Below, one piece after another: positions 26,880-35,215 of a stretch of DNA of 64,000 nt (the first letter of the stretch is position 1; every line of letters starts with the position of its first letter). The notes under the pieces are model-generated. The model made no database searches. It saw nothing but the letters and a program-made list of their open reading frames with translations, and had not been told where the DNA came from. A program made the position numbers and the translations under genes. Origin of the DNA: a virus; IMG/VR virus record IMGVR_UViG_3300021960_000054, positions 1 through 64,000 of that record. One strand, 5' to 3'.

Positions 26880-27233
26880 ATGTCTACTGCATTAGTCAAA
26901 GTAGAAAAACATCCAATCACAAATTATCTAGGACCGCAGTTCGTACTTGTCGATGAGAAAATTGTATTCGATACGCGAGAAGCAGTCAAGACACATCTAC
27001 CTGAAATCTGCGGTAGAGTGTTAGCAAGAGCATGGATAGACAAAGCATTCTATGCACAACTAGAAAAGAACACACTAGAAACATTCAATACTCTAGGTGT
27101 ATACTTACCTTCTGATATGTTTATCGAATTCAAGAAAGGTAAGACAAGAGCATCTATCATCGTCTACGAACAAACAGGAAGATTAAAAGTCCGCGTCTGT
27201 TCTTTAGAGATGACGTTAATAGCAAGAAGATAG
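26880..27233 (+). CDS. Protein resembling the NHLP (nitrile hydratase alpha-like) leader domain
   Basis: GRVLARAWIDKAFYAQLEKNTLETFNTLGVYLPSDMFIEF. Confidence 0.6.
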   Translation: MSTALVKVEKHPITNYLGPQFVLVDEKIVFDTREAVKTHLPEICGRVLARAWIDKAFYAQLEKNTLETFNTLGVYLPSDMFIEFKKGKTRASIIVYEQTGRLKVRVCSLEMTLIARR

Positions 27234-27252
27234 AACTAAGAAAGCAGAACAA

Positions 27253-27663
27253 ATGAAACAACATCCCAGAGCAAATCTAACAGGCGGTTATGTAAAAGCA
27301 GGATACGAGAATGTAAAGATAAGTGAAGTGAAAGATTACTTTCTCATTCATGGTAAGAACAATTCTAATCCTGATGTATACAGAAGTCTTGCAGAAGTGG
27401 AACAGTATATCAACAGTCTTACTTCAGAGAAACATAAGTCACGCATAGTGATTGTGCCTTTCTCTGTTAGTGAAGAAACTTTCGACAGAGAGATATATGA
27501 TATTATACACTTTGTATATGATAGATTACAACCTGAAGAATACACTAAGTGGAAGATGGGTGAATCCTCAATCTTACATTGGGGTATTATTCAACGCTAT
27601 AAAGAACGCTATTACAGTGACAGAGAAGAAGCACTGAACCGCCGTGCGATGCGCCGACTTTAA
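27253..27663 (+). CDS. Hypothetical protein
   Basis: ORF track. Confidence 0.65.
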   Translation: MKQHPRANLTGGYVKAGYENVKISEVKDYFLIHGKNNSNPDVYRSLAEVEQYINSLTSEKHKSRIVIVPFSVSEETFDREIYDIIHFVYDRLQPEEYTKWKMGESSILHWGIIQRYKERYYSDREEALNRRAMRRL

Positions 27664-27844
27664 AAACGTAATTTTTACTCCGGAAAAATTTTTGGAAACA
27701 GCATAGGGGGTAGTGCGTTTTCAGTTTTCGTGCAGTCGAATGTTTGCCGTACTCTGAGTCCGTTGGAACGTGCCGGCGCTAAGAGCGAGACTTAACCCCT
27801 CCGCACTCACAAAAATATTGCATATGTAGGGGGGTGTACCCTTC

Positions 27845-27873
27845 AGTATATCACAGTGAGTAACAGTTGTCAA
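27845..27873 (-). promoter_or_regulatory. Sigma70 promoter pointing into non-coding DNA
   Basis: TTGACA-N17-TATACT. Confidence 0.75.
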
Positions 27874-27875
27874 GT

Positions 27876-27935
27876 AAAAAATAAAAAAAAGCGACACCCT
27901 ACAACCCTTTGTCAGTAAGGGTTACAGGGCATCGC
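27876..27935 (-). terminator. Long hairpin terminator
   Basis: GCGATGCCCT...AACCCTT-actgaca-AAGGGTT...AGGGTGTCGC followed by TTTTTTTTATTTTTT. Confidence 0.8.
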
Positions 27936-27979
27936 CGAGACAACGTAGGGAGAAAGGGAGAGAAAAACCCTACTAGTCT

Positions 27980-28228
27980 CTAACTTGCAGTCGCGTCTAC
28001 TCGTTCTACGCCACACAGTTTGTAACCGGTGACCTTGCGACCGTCTTTGAGTGGGATCACACCATAGGGTGTCTTTGTTTTAATTTCCCACATATACGTT
28101 GAGATGCGGTACATGTTCACGCCTGCTATCTCACACTGTTGTTTGAACTCATCTATAGTAGCAGTATAGTTATCTGCTTCTTTCAGTACGTTCAGTACTT
28201 TTTCATATTGACCCATTGCTTTTGCCAT
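27980..28228 (-). CDS. Small winged-helix-like hypothetical protein
   Basis: AAGGAG RBS; YRISTYMWEIK...KDGRKVTGY. Confidence 0.7.
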   Translation of the reverse strand: MAKAMGQYEKVLNVLKEADNYTATIDEFKQQCEIAGVNMYRISTYMWEIKTKTPYGVIPLKDGRKVTGYKLCGVERVDATAS

Positions 28229-28231
28229 TAT

Positions 28232-28414
28232 CTACTCCTTATCATATGTAACGAATGCTACACCAATCATTGCGAAACCTGCTAATGCGAACAGCAGTAC
28301 TTCAGTGAGTGACAGTGCGTTCTCCATACACTTGCCATCACAGTCGCTACCTACAGCGCCTAGTACTAATAGAAATCCGGTGATGCCTAATGCACCCGCG
28401 ATTATATTACGCAT
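28232..28414 (-). CDS. Two-TM membrane protein
   Basis: Two hydrophobic helices flanking DCDGKC. Confidence 0.68.
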   Translation of the reverse strand: MRNIIAGALGITGFLLVLGAVGSDCDGKCMENALSLTEVLLFALAGFAMIGVAFVTYDKE

Positions 28415-28578
28415 ACTGACGTACCTCTACTAAGTTCATTGCGTTAACACCAAATGTGCCGTCTGCGAGAATAGCATCACACTGCTCTTCTGTCAGCGCG
28501 GTAACTATCTGCGTTTCACCATTCAATTTAAATTCAATTTCAAACATATTCACTCACTTTCATTCTCATTATATACAC

Positions 28579-28607
28579 AGTATATCACAGTCTTATACAG
28601 ATGTCAA
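28579..28607 (-). promoter_or_regulatory. Sigma70 promoter
   Basis: TTGACA-N17-TATACT. Confidence 0.78.
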
Positions 28608-28615
28608 GCACTAAT

Positions 28616-28816
28616 TTACACTTTTGCCATATAATATTCATTCCACGCATCGTCACACACACTGGTAATGATATCACCAGGGATGAAATCAGGTAACTGA
28701 TTGTCAACAATACTATAGAACTCATTAATCGTCTGACACTCACTAACCATAGTCTCAGTTATAACGTCATAGACACGCTCTTCGCAGTCCATTGCCCATG
28801 CTTTTACAGCACCCAT
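28616..28816 (-). CDS. Early hypothetical protein (start MGAVKAWAMD)
   Basis: AGAAAGG RBS; internal ATG of ORF 28616-28888. Confidence 0.7.
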   Translation of the reverse strand: MGAVKAWAMDCEERVYDVITETMVSECQTINEFYSIVDNQLPDFIPGDIITSVCDDAWNEYYMAKV

Positions 28817-28839
28817 AATAGAACCTTTCTGTAAGTAGA

Positions 28840-28920
28840 GAGACATGCAGTTAAATCTAGCATCGCGCCAGTTGTGTCGGTGACACATGCAGTTAAATCT
28901 AGCGATGTTCCAGTTGTCTC
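28840..28920 (-). repeat. Tandem 42-bp-period repeat with cross-pairing ends in a 5' leader
   Basis: ACATGCAGTTAAATCTAGC at 28843-28861 and 28885-28903, each followed after 6 nt by CCAGTTGT(G/C)TCG. Confidence 0.9.
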
Positions 28921-28947
28921 GTTATCGTTAATCTTTATCATGTATAC

Positions 28948-28976
28948 ATTATAGCAAAGACAATGGCAATTGTCAA
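28948..28976 (-). promoter_or_regulatory. Consensus sigma70 promoter
   Basis: TTGACA-N17-TATAAT. Confidence 0.88.
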
Positions 28977-29316
28977 GCATTATTTTCACTTTTTTTCACT
29001 TTTTTTTAAAATAGTTGGTAAGTGTTGTATTTTTGCAACAGTGTAAGTTACTGTTTTTGTGTGGTTCTTTTCCCTTGACAACGGCGCTCGTATGTGCGAA
29101 AAAGCAACTTACTATTTCTAAACGTATTTAATACTGTTTATTCGCCCTTTTCGATAGTCACTGTATACACAACGATACACAAAACTATGCTAAACTTACC
29201 GATAATTCATGCTAATTCACAGTCTTTCACTCTATATGAATACTATGTGAACTAGTTAAACAGTATGTGAATAAGACCGATATAAGGTAATGTTACTTCT
29301 ATTGTTTGAGTGATTA

Positions 29317-29541
29317 TCATACCCATTCTACTTCTATACCAAAGACTGGACTAGTTTCTTGCTTCTGTGTGATGTGATTGAACCCGCTATTGAAGTAAGT
29401 AGTCATATTGATTACTGTCTTATCTTTATAGTCTTCTTTCAGCATTGCGAAACATGCTTGTACTGCTTCGTTCTTCTTATCACCTGTGATTGGATGTGTC
29501 GTATAGTTTACGTCATTCATTGTGATTGTTTCTACAGTCAT
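29317..29541 (-). CDS. Hypothetical protein
   Basis: ORF track; coupled. Confidence 0.65.
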   Translation of the reverse strand: MTVETITMNDVNYTTHPITGDKKNEAVQACFAMLKEDYKDKTVINMTTYFNSGFNHITQKQETSPVFGIEVEWV

Positions 29542-29702
29542 TATTTTACCTTCTTATACATTGTTGCGATTTTCATGATTGTGTATGCGAGAAGTGATAT
29601 TATCGTTGCCGCGCTTTCATTGAATACATCATACATTACGAATGCGAGTGAAAGCGCAACGATGAGTGGTATTGCTTCTTGCTGTATGTCTTCTCTGTTC
29701 AT
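29541..29702 (-). CDS. Small two-TM membrane protein (start MNREDIQQ)
   Basis: ATGA overlap with the HNH gene. Confidence 0.55.
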   Translation of the reverse strand: MNREDIQQEAIPLIVALSLAFVMYDVFNESAATIISLLAYTIMKIATMYKKVK

Positions 29703-30118
29703 GCGACTTTCTTTATGAATACATGAGGTAACGATAAGTAGTCTCGATTGTCTCTCGTCTTTAGACGATGACAGCAAGCGCACAGTGTTTGCAGATTGCT
29801 CTCTTCATTGTTGTCGTGATTACCATCAATGTGGTCGACTTCTAACTGCCATTCAGGATCAATGATTGTTGTTGTGCATTTACCGTGACCTAGACGATTA
29901 TCGATGTTTTCACAATACGTCTTGCGATGCTGTTTGTATACCCAACCACCAATGGCGTAATTCATAGCGTGATGCTTGGTGCAGACGTAACCCTCTTCAA
30001 CACCGAATTCTTCACGAACCCATGTTGATTTGCGCCATTTTGGATTAGCAGTTGTGCTTGTATTTTGTGCGTTTTTACCGCAATTGGGAACTTGACATTT
30101 GGGACGATTGGTAACCAT
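29699..30118 (-). CDS. HNH endonuclease
   Basis: LEVDHIDGNHDNNEESNLQTLCACCHRLKT; N-terminal Cys cluster. Confidence 0.9.
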   Translation of the reverse strand: MVTNRPKCQVPNCGKNAQNTSTTANPKWRKSTWVREEFGVEEGYVCTKHHAMNYAIGGWVYKQHRKTYCENIDNRLGHGKCTTTIIDPEWQLEVDHIDGNHDNNEESNLQTLCACCHRLKTRDNRDYLSLPHVFIKKVA

Positions 30119-30139
30119 TTGAAACCTCTCTATTACAAT

Positions 30140-30183
30140 TCATCTTACTTATATAATATAACAGAACTTTACATAAATGTCAA
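30140..30183 (-). promoter_or_regulatory. Early promoter with TAAGATGA leader
   Basis: TTGACA-N17-TATATT...TAAGATGAA. Confidence 0.78.
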
Positions 30184-30262
30184 GTAAAAAGAAGCATAAA
30201 AATCATAATAATTGCGAAACAAATGGATATGACTATAAGCATCCATAAGTATTCGAACTCAT

Positions 30263-30475
30263 TCATTGCTCTTGTGATTGCTCTTCTGCTTGATGTTTCC
30301 AGTGCTTTATGAACTCGTATGACCCATCTCGCATCTTTTGAATGTGTACATAACCGTGTTCTTCTAATGTCTCTGTATAACGCTCTAATGCGTCTTTAGT
30401 AGATTGCCATTTACCGAAACGCCATGCGCTGAAAAGCATTGCTGTTGCTAATATTGTGTGAATATACGGGTCCAT
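30263..30475 (-). CDS. Small membrane-anchored protein
   Basis: AAGGAG RBS; N-terminal TM. Confidence 0.68.
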   Translation of the reverse strand: MDPYIHTILATAMLFSAWRFGKWQSTKDALERYTETLEEHGYVHIQKMRDGSYEFIKHWKHQAEEQSQEQ

Positions 30476-30493
30476 AAATTCTCCTTATTGGTA

Positions 30494-31033
30494 TTATTTA
30501 TATTTTACTACTATATTCATTACAAGTCGCCTAGAAGCATCTACCGGACTGCTAGAAGCATGATTAAGAAGACTACTGAAGTGTATTGCATTATTCATTG
30601 TAGGTGGTATTTCGAAATTCTCACCTGTCTCAGGAAAGAAGAACGTATTACCGTCTGCCGCGTTGATATAGTATAGAATGCTATGAAACTTGTCTGCATC
30701 AGGCGCATCTGTATTAACATCGGTGTGCATTGCATGAAATGGTAATGCTGAAGTTGCTCTTATTCGCGGAAACAGCATATTTACCTTCGCACGGATTACC
30801 TCACAATCAGGAATGTCAAGTGCAGTGAGTATTGCATCTACCCACTTGACGCCTGGTTGATACATAAGACTATTGCCGGATTGAATAACTCTTGTAAATT
30901 GTGGACTATCATCACCAATGTAGTCATCTACAGTATTCTCTGAATATGACCAAAGAAAATCGGTGCGAGATACCGCTTCAAGTATCTCGCTATGTAATGC
31001 TTCACTGAGTACATTATCAAAAGTTTTAAACAT
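30494..31033 (-). CDS. 2OG-Fe(II) oxygenase
   Basis: RAKVN...HTD...SILYYINAADGNT...NHASS...RLVMN. Confidence 0.88.
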   Translation of the reverse strand: MFKTFDNVLSEALHSEILEAVSRTDFLWSYSENTVDDYIGDDSPQFTRVIQSGNSLMYQPGVKWVDAILTALDIPDCEVIRAKVNMLFPRIRATSALPFHAMHTDVNTDAPDADKFHSILYYINAADGNTFFFPETGENFEIPPTMNNAIHFSSLLNHASSSPVDASRRLVMNIVVKYK

Positions 31034-31035
31034 TA

Positions 31036-31239
31036 CTACACCGTTGGGTCTGGATTGTTTTTCGCGTCTTGTACTGCTTTGCGCTGATTAGCACACCATT
31101 TAGCAAGTTCAGACATCTTTTTTCTTGCTCTTGTACCTGCAGACTTATTACCTTTTTCGTGAAATGTCTGTAGTTCTAATTTAGTCTCTCTTACGAGGTC
31201 ATCTAGTTCAAATACTGCATCTTGCCAGTCATTACTCAT
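31036..31239 (-). CDS. Histone H1-like Hc1-family protein (start MSNDW)
   Basis: FHEKGNKSAGTRARKKMSELAK...RKAVQDAKN; start approximate. Confidence 0.75.
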   Translation of the reverse strand: MSNDWQDAVFELDDLVRETKLELQTFHEKGNKSAGTRARKKMSELAKWCANQRKAVQDAKNNPDPTV

Positions 31240-31699
31240 CTTCATCATCCTTTTTAGTAAATTGATTAGGTTGTACATCAGTCAGTAGCGTTGGAAATGC
31301 TTTGCGTACAATCTCTCTTGTGATGTTTGGATACATCTCTTCCAACTTTTTATCTTTAGCGGCGCACACTAAATCTGCTTCAGTATAGTGAATACCTTCT
31401 AAGATTTGCACGAAAACCATCTCTTTTTTCATGCGAGGTAGTGGGTCTGTCTTGGCGCATCTTGCCAAGCGTCTACTCTCAGTATATAATGAGGCGCTAG
31501 AAAGACCAATCGGTTCTCTAGGGTCTCTTTTAAACGGTGGCGCCCCTTCGGGCAGGTCTAGTTCGATGTTCTTATCAAACGCTAGTGCTAAAACTGTTCT
31601 TAGCGGTCGTAGGTTGTATGATTGTAACAGTCGAATACGCTCTGCTTTGGTTTGAGCATCATTTACTTCTGTCAAAATTTCTGGAATATTTCTTCTCAT
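31232..31699 (-). CDS. Conserved T4-like hypothetical protein
   Basis: LPEGAPPFK...SLYTESRRL...KKEMVFVQILEGIH..EA. Confidence 0.8.
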   Translation of the reverse strand: MRRNIPEILTEVNDAQTKAERIRLLQSYNLRPLRTVLALAFDKNIELDLPEGAPPFKRDPREPIGLSSASLYTESRRLARCAKTDPLPRMKKEMVFVQILEGIHYTEADLVCAAKDKKLEEMYPNITREIVRKAFPTLLTDVQPNQFTKKDDEDE

Positions 31700-31728
31700 T
31701 GTTAATTCACCTTTATTGAATGTTGTTG

Positions 31729-32349
31729 CTAATCTATATTTATACGCTTCAGCACATCGACATTACCTGCTATACTAATGCGTGTGATGCCTTCTTGTGT
31801 GAATGGAAATACTTGATGCTCTAACCAAGAAGGAAAGATTAGCATCTCTTTTGCTGATGGTACAAAATCAATTGCTTTATCGCTCAAAGCATGGTCTTCG
31901 CCATATCTAAATCTAATTACTCCTGCTGTTGGTGAAGTACCTTCTTGCGTTGGGTGCTTCGCTTCTAACTCATAGTCAATAGGATTATCAATGTATATTA
32001 CAAACGATAGGTCTCCTGTATGAAAGTGTGGCGGGTTCCATTCAAATGCTTTCTGAAAGTTAACCCATATACCTGTTATTTTAGATGTGTGTACATAATG
32101 AGGATAGTTATGATAAGGTTGTTGGTCCATCTTAGTCATATACAAACCACATCTCTCTAAGATTTCATTTTCTGTCTCAGCATCTATACTCAGCGCACGT
32201 TCATCTACTATGTTACCTGCTAATGATTGATTGTACTTTTCTGTTGCAACATTTATCGAAAATTGCAATCTCTCTAAACACTCATCGGTGATTTCTGTTT
32301 TAAACAGAGTTGGACCAAAGCGGTGTAATGTTCCATAGTCTTCAATCAT
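31729..32349 (-). CDS. Putative 2OG-Fe(II) oxygenase
   Basis: WVNFQKAFEWNPPHFHTGDLSFVIY...IFPSWLEHQVFPF...RISIAGN. Confidence 0.9.
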   Translation of the reverse strand: MIEDYGTLHRFGPTLFKTEITDECLERLQFSINVATEKYNQSLAGNIVDERALSIDAETENEILERCGLYMTKMDQQPYHNYPHYVHTSKITGIWVNFQKAFEWNPPHFHTGDLSFVIYIDNPIDYELEAKHPTQEGTSPTAGVIRFRYGEDHALSDKAIDFVPSAKEMLIFPSWLEHQVFPFTQEGITRISIAGNVDVLKRINID

Positions 32350-33929
32350 TTTTCATTTCCATATATCTCGTTACCAATAACAAAAATATCACTAGGTACT
32401 AATTGCATATACTCTTTCATCTGCGCTTCATCATATACGATTGGAAAACCTTGAGCATTGAGTGATGTGTTAACTATTGCAGGAGTACCTGTCAGTTCAT
32501 ATACTCGTTTTACTAAATCATACAACCAACCATCATCTTCATTGACTGTTTGATATCTAACACTGTTATCAACATGTACTACTCCTTGTAGTGCTTTTCT
32601 GTTTTTTACTTGTGCAGTATGTAGCATGTAAGGAGACTTCGTTTTTGTATCTAGGTAGTTCTCCAGTTCTTCTTCTAAGATGATGATGCCATATGGACGC
32701 CACCACTCTCTACTTTTGATTTTTCGTATGTTCATCAACTTAGGAACATTAATCTGATCCGTTCGATAGAATATAGACCTTCGACCTAATGCTCTAGGTC
32801 CTATCTCTGATGAACTTTGAAAGTTACAAACTATGTTACTGTGAGAAATATAGTCTGCCATAATGTCTATAGTTTCACTAGACGGCGTATATAAAGTTTC
32901 ATCTGTGTACTGACCCGTAGGAAAACTTAATATAAGGTCATTCATGCTTGCTATCTCATGCATCATACCAAGAGACAGTCCTTCATCACCCACGCATGGA
33001 GGAATCATCACATTAGGAAACTCTTTAGACAATCTCTCATTAAAACATACGTTGTGTGCAACACCTCCGCTGTATGTGAAGCGTTCATTCTTATCAAAAT
33101 GCTCTTTACAGAATTCTATCATGTAATCGAAAAGAACCTCTTGCCATGTGTGTATCCAATCAATCGCATCAAAGTTTGGCGTGATGCCTATGCTGTCTTG
33201 GGTGCATTCACTAATAAATTCAGGTTTCTTTAAATATTGATGCTGTTCGAACAAAACTCTATTATACATCTGTGCGGTAACTTCTTTGAATGAAAACTTT
33301 CGCAGATATTTTGCATAACTCTCATTAAATTCTCCATAGGACATAAGTCCCATTAACTTACCAACTTGGTCGATTGTTCCTCCAGGTCTAGCGACAGGAT
33401 TACTGATAAACAATAGTGATGCAAGAGCATATAGTCTACCAATACTGAACATCTCTGTTGACACATGTTCTACGGTCTTTTTGTCTCCGTCAAATACACT
33501 GATATGTTCATGGTAATCTCCATGACCATCGATAACTAGTGCCTTCTGTGTATCACCAAATAACCAATCTGCACATCTTCTGTGTGCATAGTGATGTAAT
33601 ACACGATAGTATTTCTTTGCTCTAACAGGAAGAAACGGAAATGCTTCTTCTATTAAATCTTGCGATACCTCTCGCACAGGACCGTCAGTAAACTTCCAGT
33701 CCCAGTCAACGCCTTTAGGTTGTAACATGTCAAATGCAAATACATCTAAGTTCTGCCAATCAATATTGAGAACTTTTAAATCATTTGCAATCTTAGCAAA
33801 TTCATAGTGTTCATACGCATACTTTTTTACTTGCTTAACTCTCTCTAGCAATATATACTTAACTTCAGTACCATCATAGTATGTCGCATTTGCATCATGA
33901 CCTTGCACATGTAACGTCAGTATTTTCAT
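32346..33929 (-). CDS. Carbamoyltransferase (NodU/CmcH/TobZ family)
   Basis: GHDANA, LERV, HHYAH, VIDGHGD, GKLMGL, SGGVAHNV, GDEGLSLG, EIGPRALGRRS, KSREWWRP, HVDNSVRYQTV, NTSLN. Confidence 0.95.
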   Translation of the reverse strand: MKILTLHVQGHDANATYYDGTEVKYILLERVKQVKKYAYEHYEFAKIANDLKVLNIDWQNLDVFAFDMLQPKGVDWDWKFTDGPVREVSQDLIEEAFPFLPVRAKKYYRVLHHYAHRRCADWLFGDTQKALVIDGHGDYHEHISVFDGDKKTVEHVSTEMFSIGRLYALASLLFISNPVARPGGTIDQVGKLMGLMSYGEFNESYAKYLRKFSFKEVTAQMYNRVLFEQHQYLKKPEFISECTQDSIGITPNFDAIDWIHTWQEVLFDYMIEFCKEHFDKNERFTYSGGVAHNVCFNERLSKEFPNVMIPPCVGDEGLSLGMMHEIASMNDLILSFPTGQYTDETLYTPSSETIDIMADYISHSNIVCNFQSSSEIGPRALGRRSIFYRTDQINVPKLMNIRKIKSREWWRPYGIIILEEELENYLDTKTKSPYMLHTAQVKNRKALQGVVHVDNSVRYQTVNEDDGWLYDLVKRVYELTGTPAIVNTSLNAQGFPIVYDEAQMKEYMQLVPSDIFVIGNEIYGNEK

Positions 33930-34762
33930 TAAAATTCCTCAATGCTCTCAATCAGCAAATTCATTCGCTTTGAGATAAACAAGTCAAGCAACTTACGCTT
34001 GCTACCTTGCATAGCACTGTTTAGTTGTTCTAAGATAGTCGCTTGCATGTCTTTAGGCGTCTGCTTTAAGTCTACAAGGATAGTGTTCTCTTTAAAACGC
34101 TCATAGTCTACAGGTGGGTTCTGTATAAATTCAATCATCTTCTTCTTACTCATAGGTTTCTGTCGACCGCCTGTGACGAATACATCACCCGGAGATAGAA
34201 TGTTTGGTACTCCATCGCCTCTATCACCTTTAAGAATATGTTCAAGTAGGTAACCTTTAGGGTCATTGCACTTGAGAAACTTCTTTAAGATAGGAGAGAA
34301 TTGCTCGACATTACTATACTCTTGCAACTGTTGAAAGTCTTTGTCGCCTGATAGAATGAGAATGGGATCGCCACCCAAGTCGCGCCCATGCTCATGGCAG
34401 ATTGTACCGATGATATCATCTGCTTCTGCATGTTCTACTTGCAATACTTTGTAAGGAGCGTTCTCGCGTATCTCATCACGCACTTCATTTAGTGCAGTGA
34501 AGATTTCATTCCAATCATACGAGGACTTCTCACGGTCATCTTTGCGTGATGCTTTATAGTGTGGGAAGATTTGCTTGCGCCAATAGTTCTTGTCATCACA
34601 ACAAATAATCAAATCACCATATTTCTTACTAAACTTCTGTTTATACATTCGTAATGAATTGAAAATCATATGACGCACAAGATTAGGATCAACTTTTGTT
34701 GCTCCTTGTAATTGCATCATCAAATTAGATATCATCACTTGGTTCAAATCGACTAAAATCAT
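33929..34762 (-). CDS. rnh: T4-like RNase H (5'-3' exonuclease)
   Basis: ILVDLNQ, YWRK..FPHYKASR, EADDII, SGDKDF.QL, GDRGDGVPN. Confidence 0.96.
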   Translation of the reverse strand: MILVDLNQVMISNLMMQLQGATKVDPNLVRHMIFNSLRMYKQKFSKKYGDLIICCDDKNYWRKQIFPHYKASRKDDREKSSYDWNEIFTALNEVRDEIRENAPYKVLQVEHAEADDIIGTICHEHGRDLGGDPILILSGDKDFQQLQEYSNVEQFSPILKKFLKCNDPKGYLLEHILKGDRGDGVPNILSPGDVFVTGGRQKPMSKKKMIEFIQNPPVDYERFKENTILVDLKQTPKDMQATILEQLNSAMQGSKRKLLDLFISKRMNLLIESIEEF

Positions 34763-34822
34763 AGTATATCTCTCTTCATTGTTAATACTTATTATCGCAC
34801 ATTTTCATGTGTTTGTCAAGCA

Positions 34823-35215
34823 TTAATCCTCATAATCTTCATTTAATTCATCCATCATTAACTGCAATCCAACCTGAGAGATTTCTCCTGCTCTGTTTTT
34901 AATGACTTTAAACTTGCAATATTTGTCTACTAGGTCTTGAAAATCATGATGCACTCTTCCGTGTCTCATAAGACAACTACGCAATGCCTCTAATGCAAAT
35001 GCGTAATCTTTAAGAAACTCAGGGTCTTGTACATCAACTCCATTCGCTACCATTTCTTTAGCACCTGCCATAAGAATACTTTCTGCGAGGAAATTGCTCA
35101 CTTCAGTCGCTTTTGTCCTTTGCATATCTTCGATTAGATTTGCAGTTGCTTCTGCTTCAAGGTTAGCGGTTCGACTGTTCACCTTCGGGAATTGAATGAC
35201 ATTATCCTCCGACAT
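34823..35215 (-). CDS. Hypothetical protein
   Basis: DNVIQFP N-terminus; GAGG RBS. Confidence 0.75.
   Translation of the reverse strand: MSEDNVIQFPKVNSRTANLEAEATANLIEDMQRTKATEVSNFLAESILMAGAKEMVANGVDVQDPEFLKDYAFALEALRSCLMRHGRVHHDFQDLVDKYCKFKVIKNRAGEISQVGLQLMMDELNEDYED

Noticed and set aside
28840-28920. Possible mini-CRISPR array
   Set aside because: Only two units, the intervening sequence is itself mostly repeated, and no cas genes are present. The exonuclease at 6719 is the usual T4-like stand-alone enzyme.
28840-28920. Known self-cleaving ribozyme (hammerhead, twister, pistol)
   Set aside because: No CUGANGA/GAAA core or the required pseudoknot pairings were seen; a covariance search is needed to exclude this fully.
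29699-30118. HNH gene as part of a mobile intron
   Set aside because: Free-standing with its own promoter and not interrupting a gene; no group I intron core recognised.
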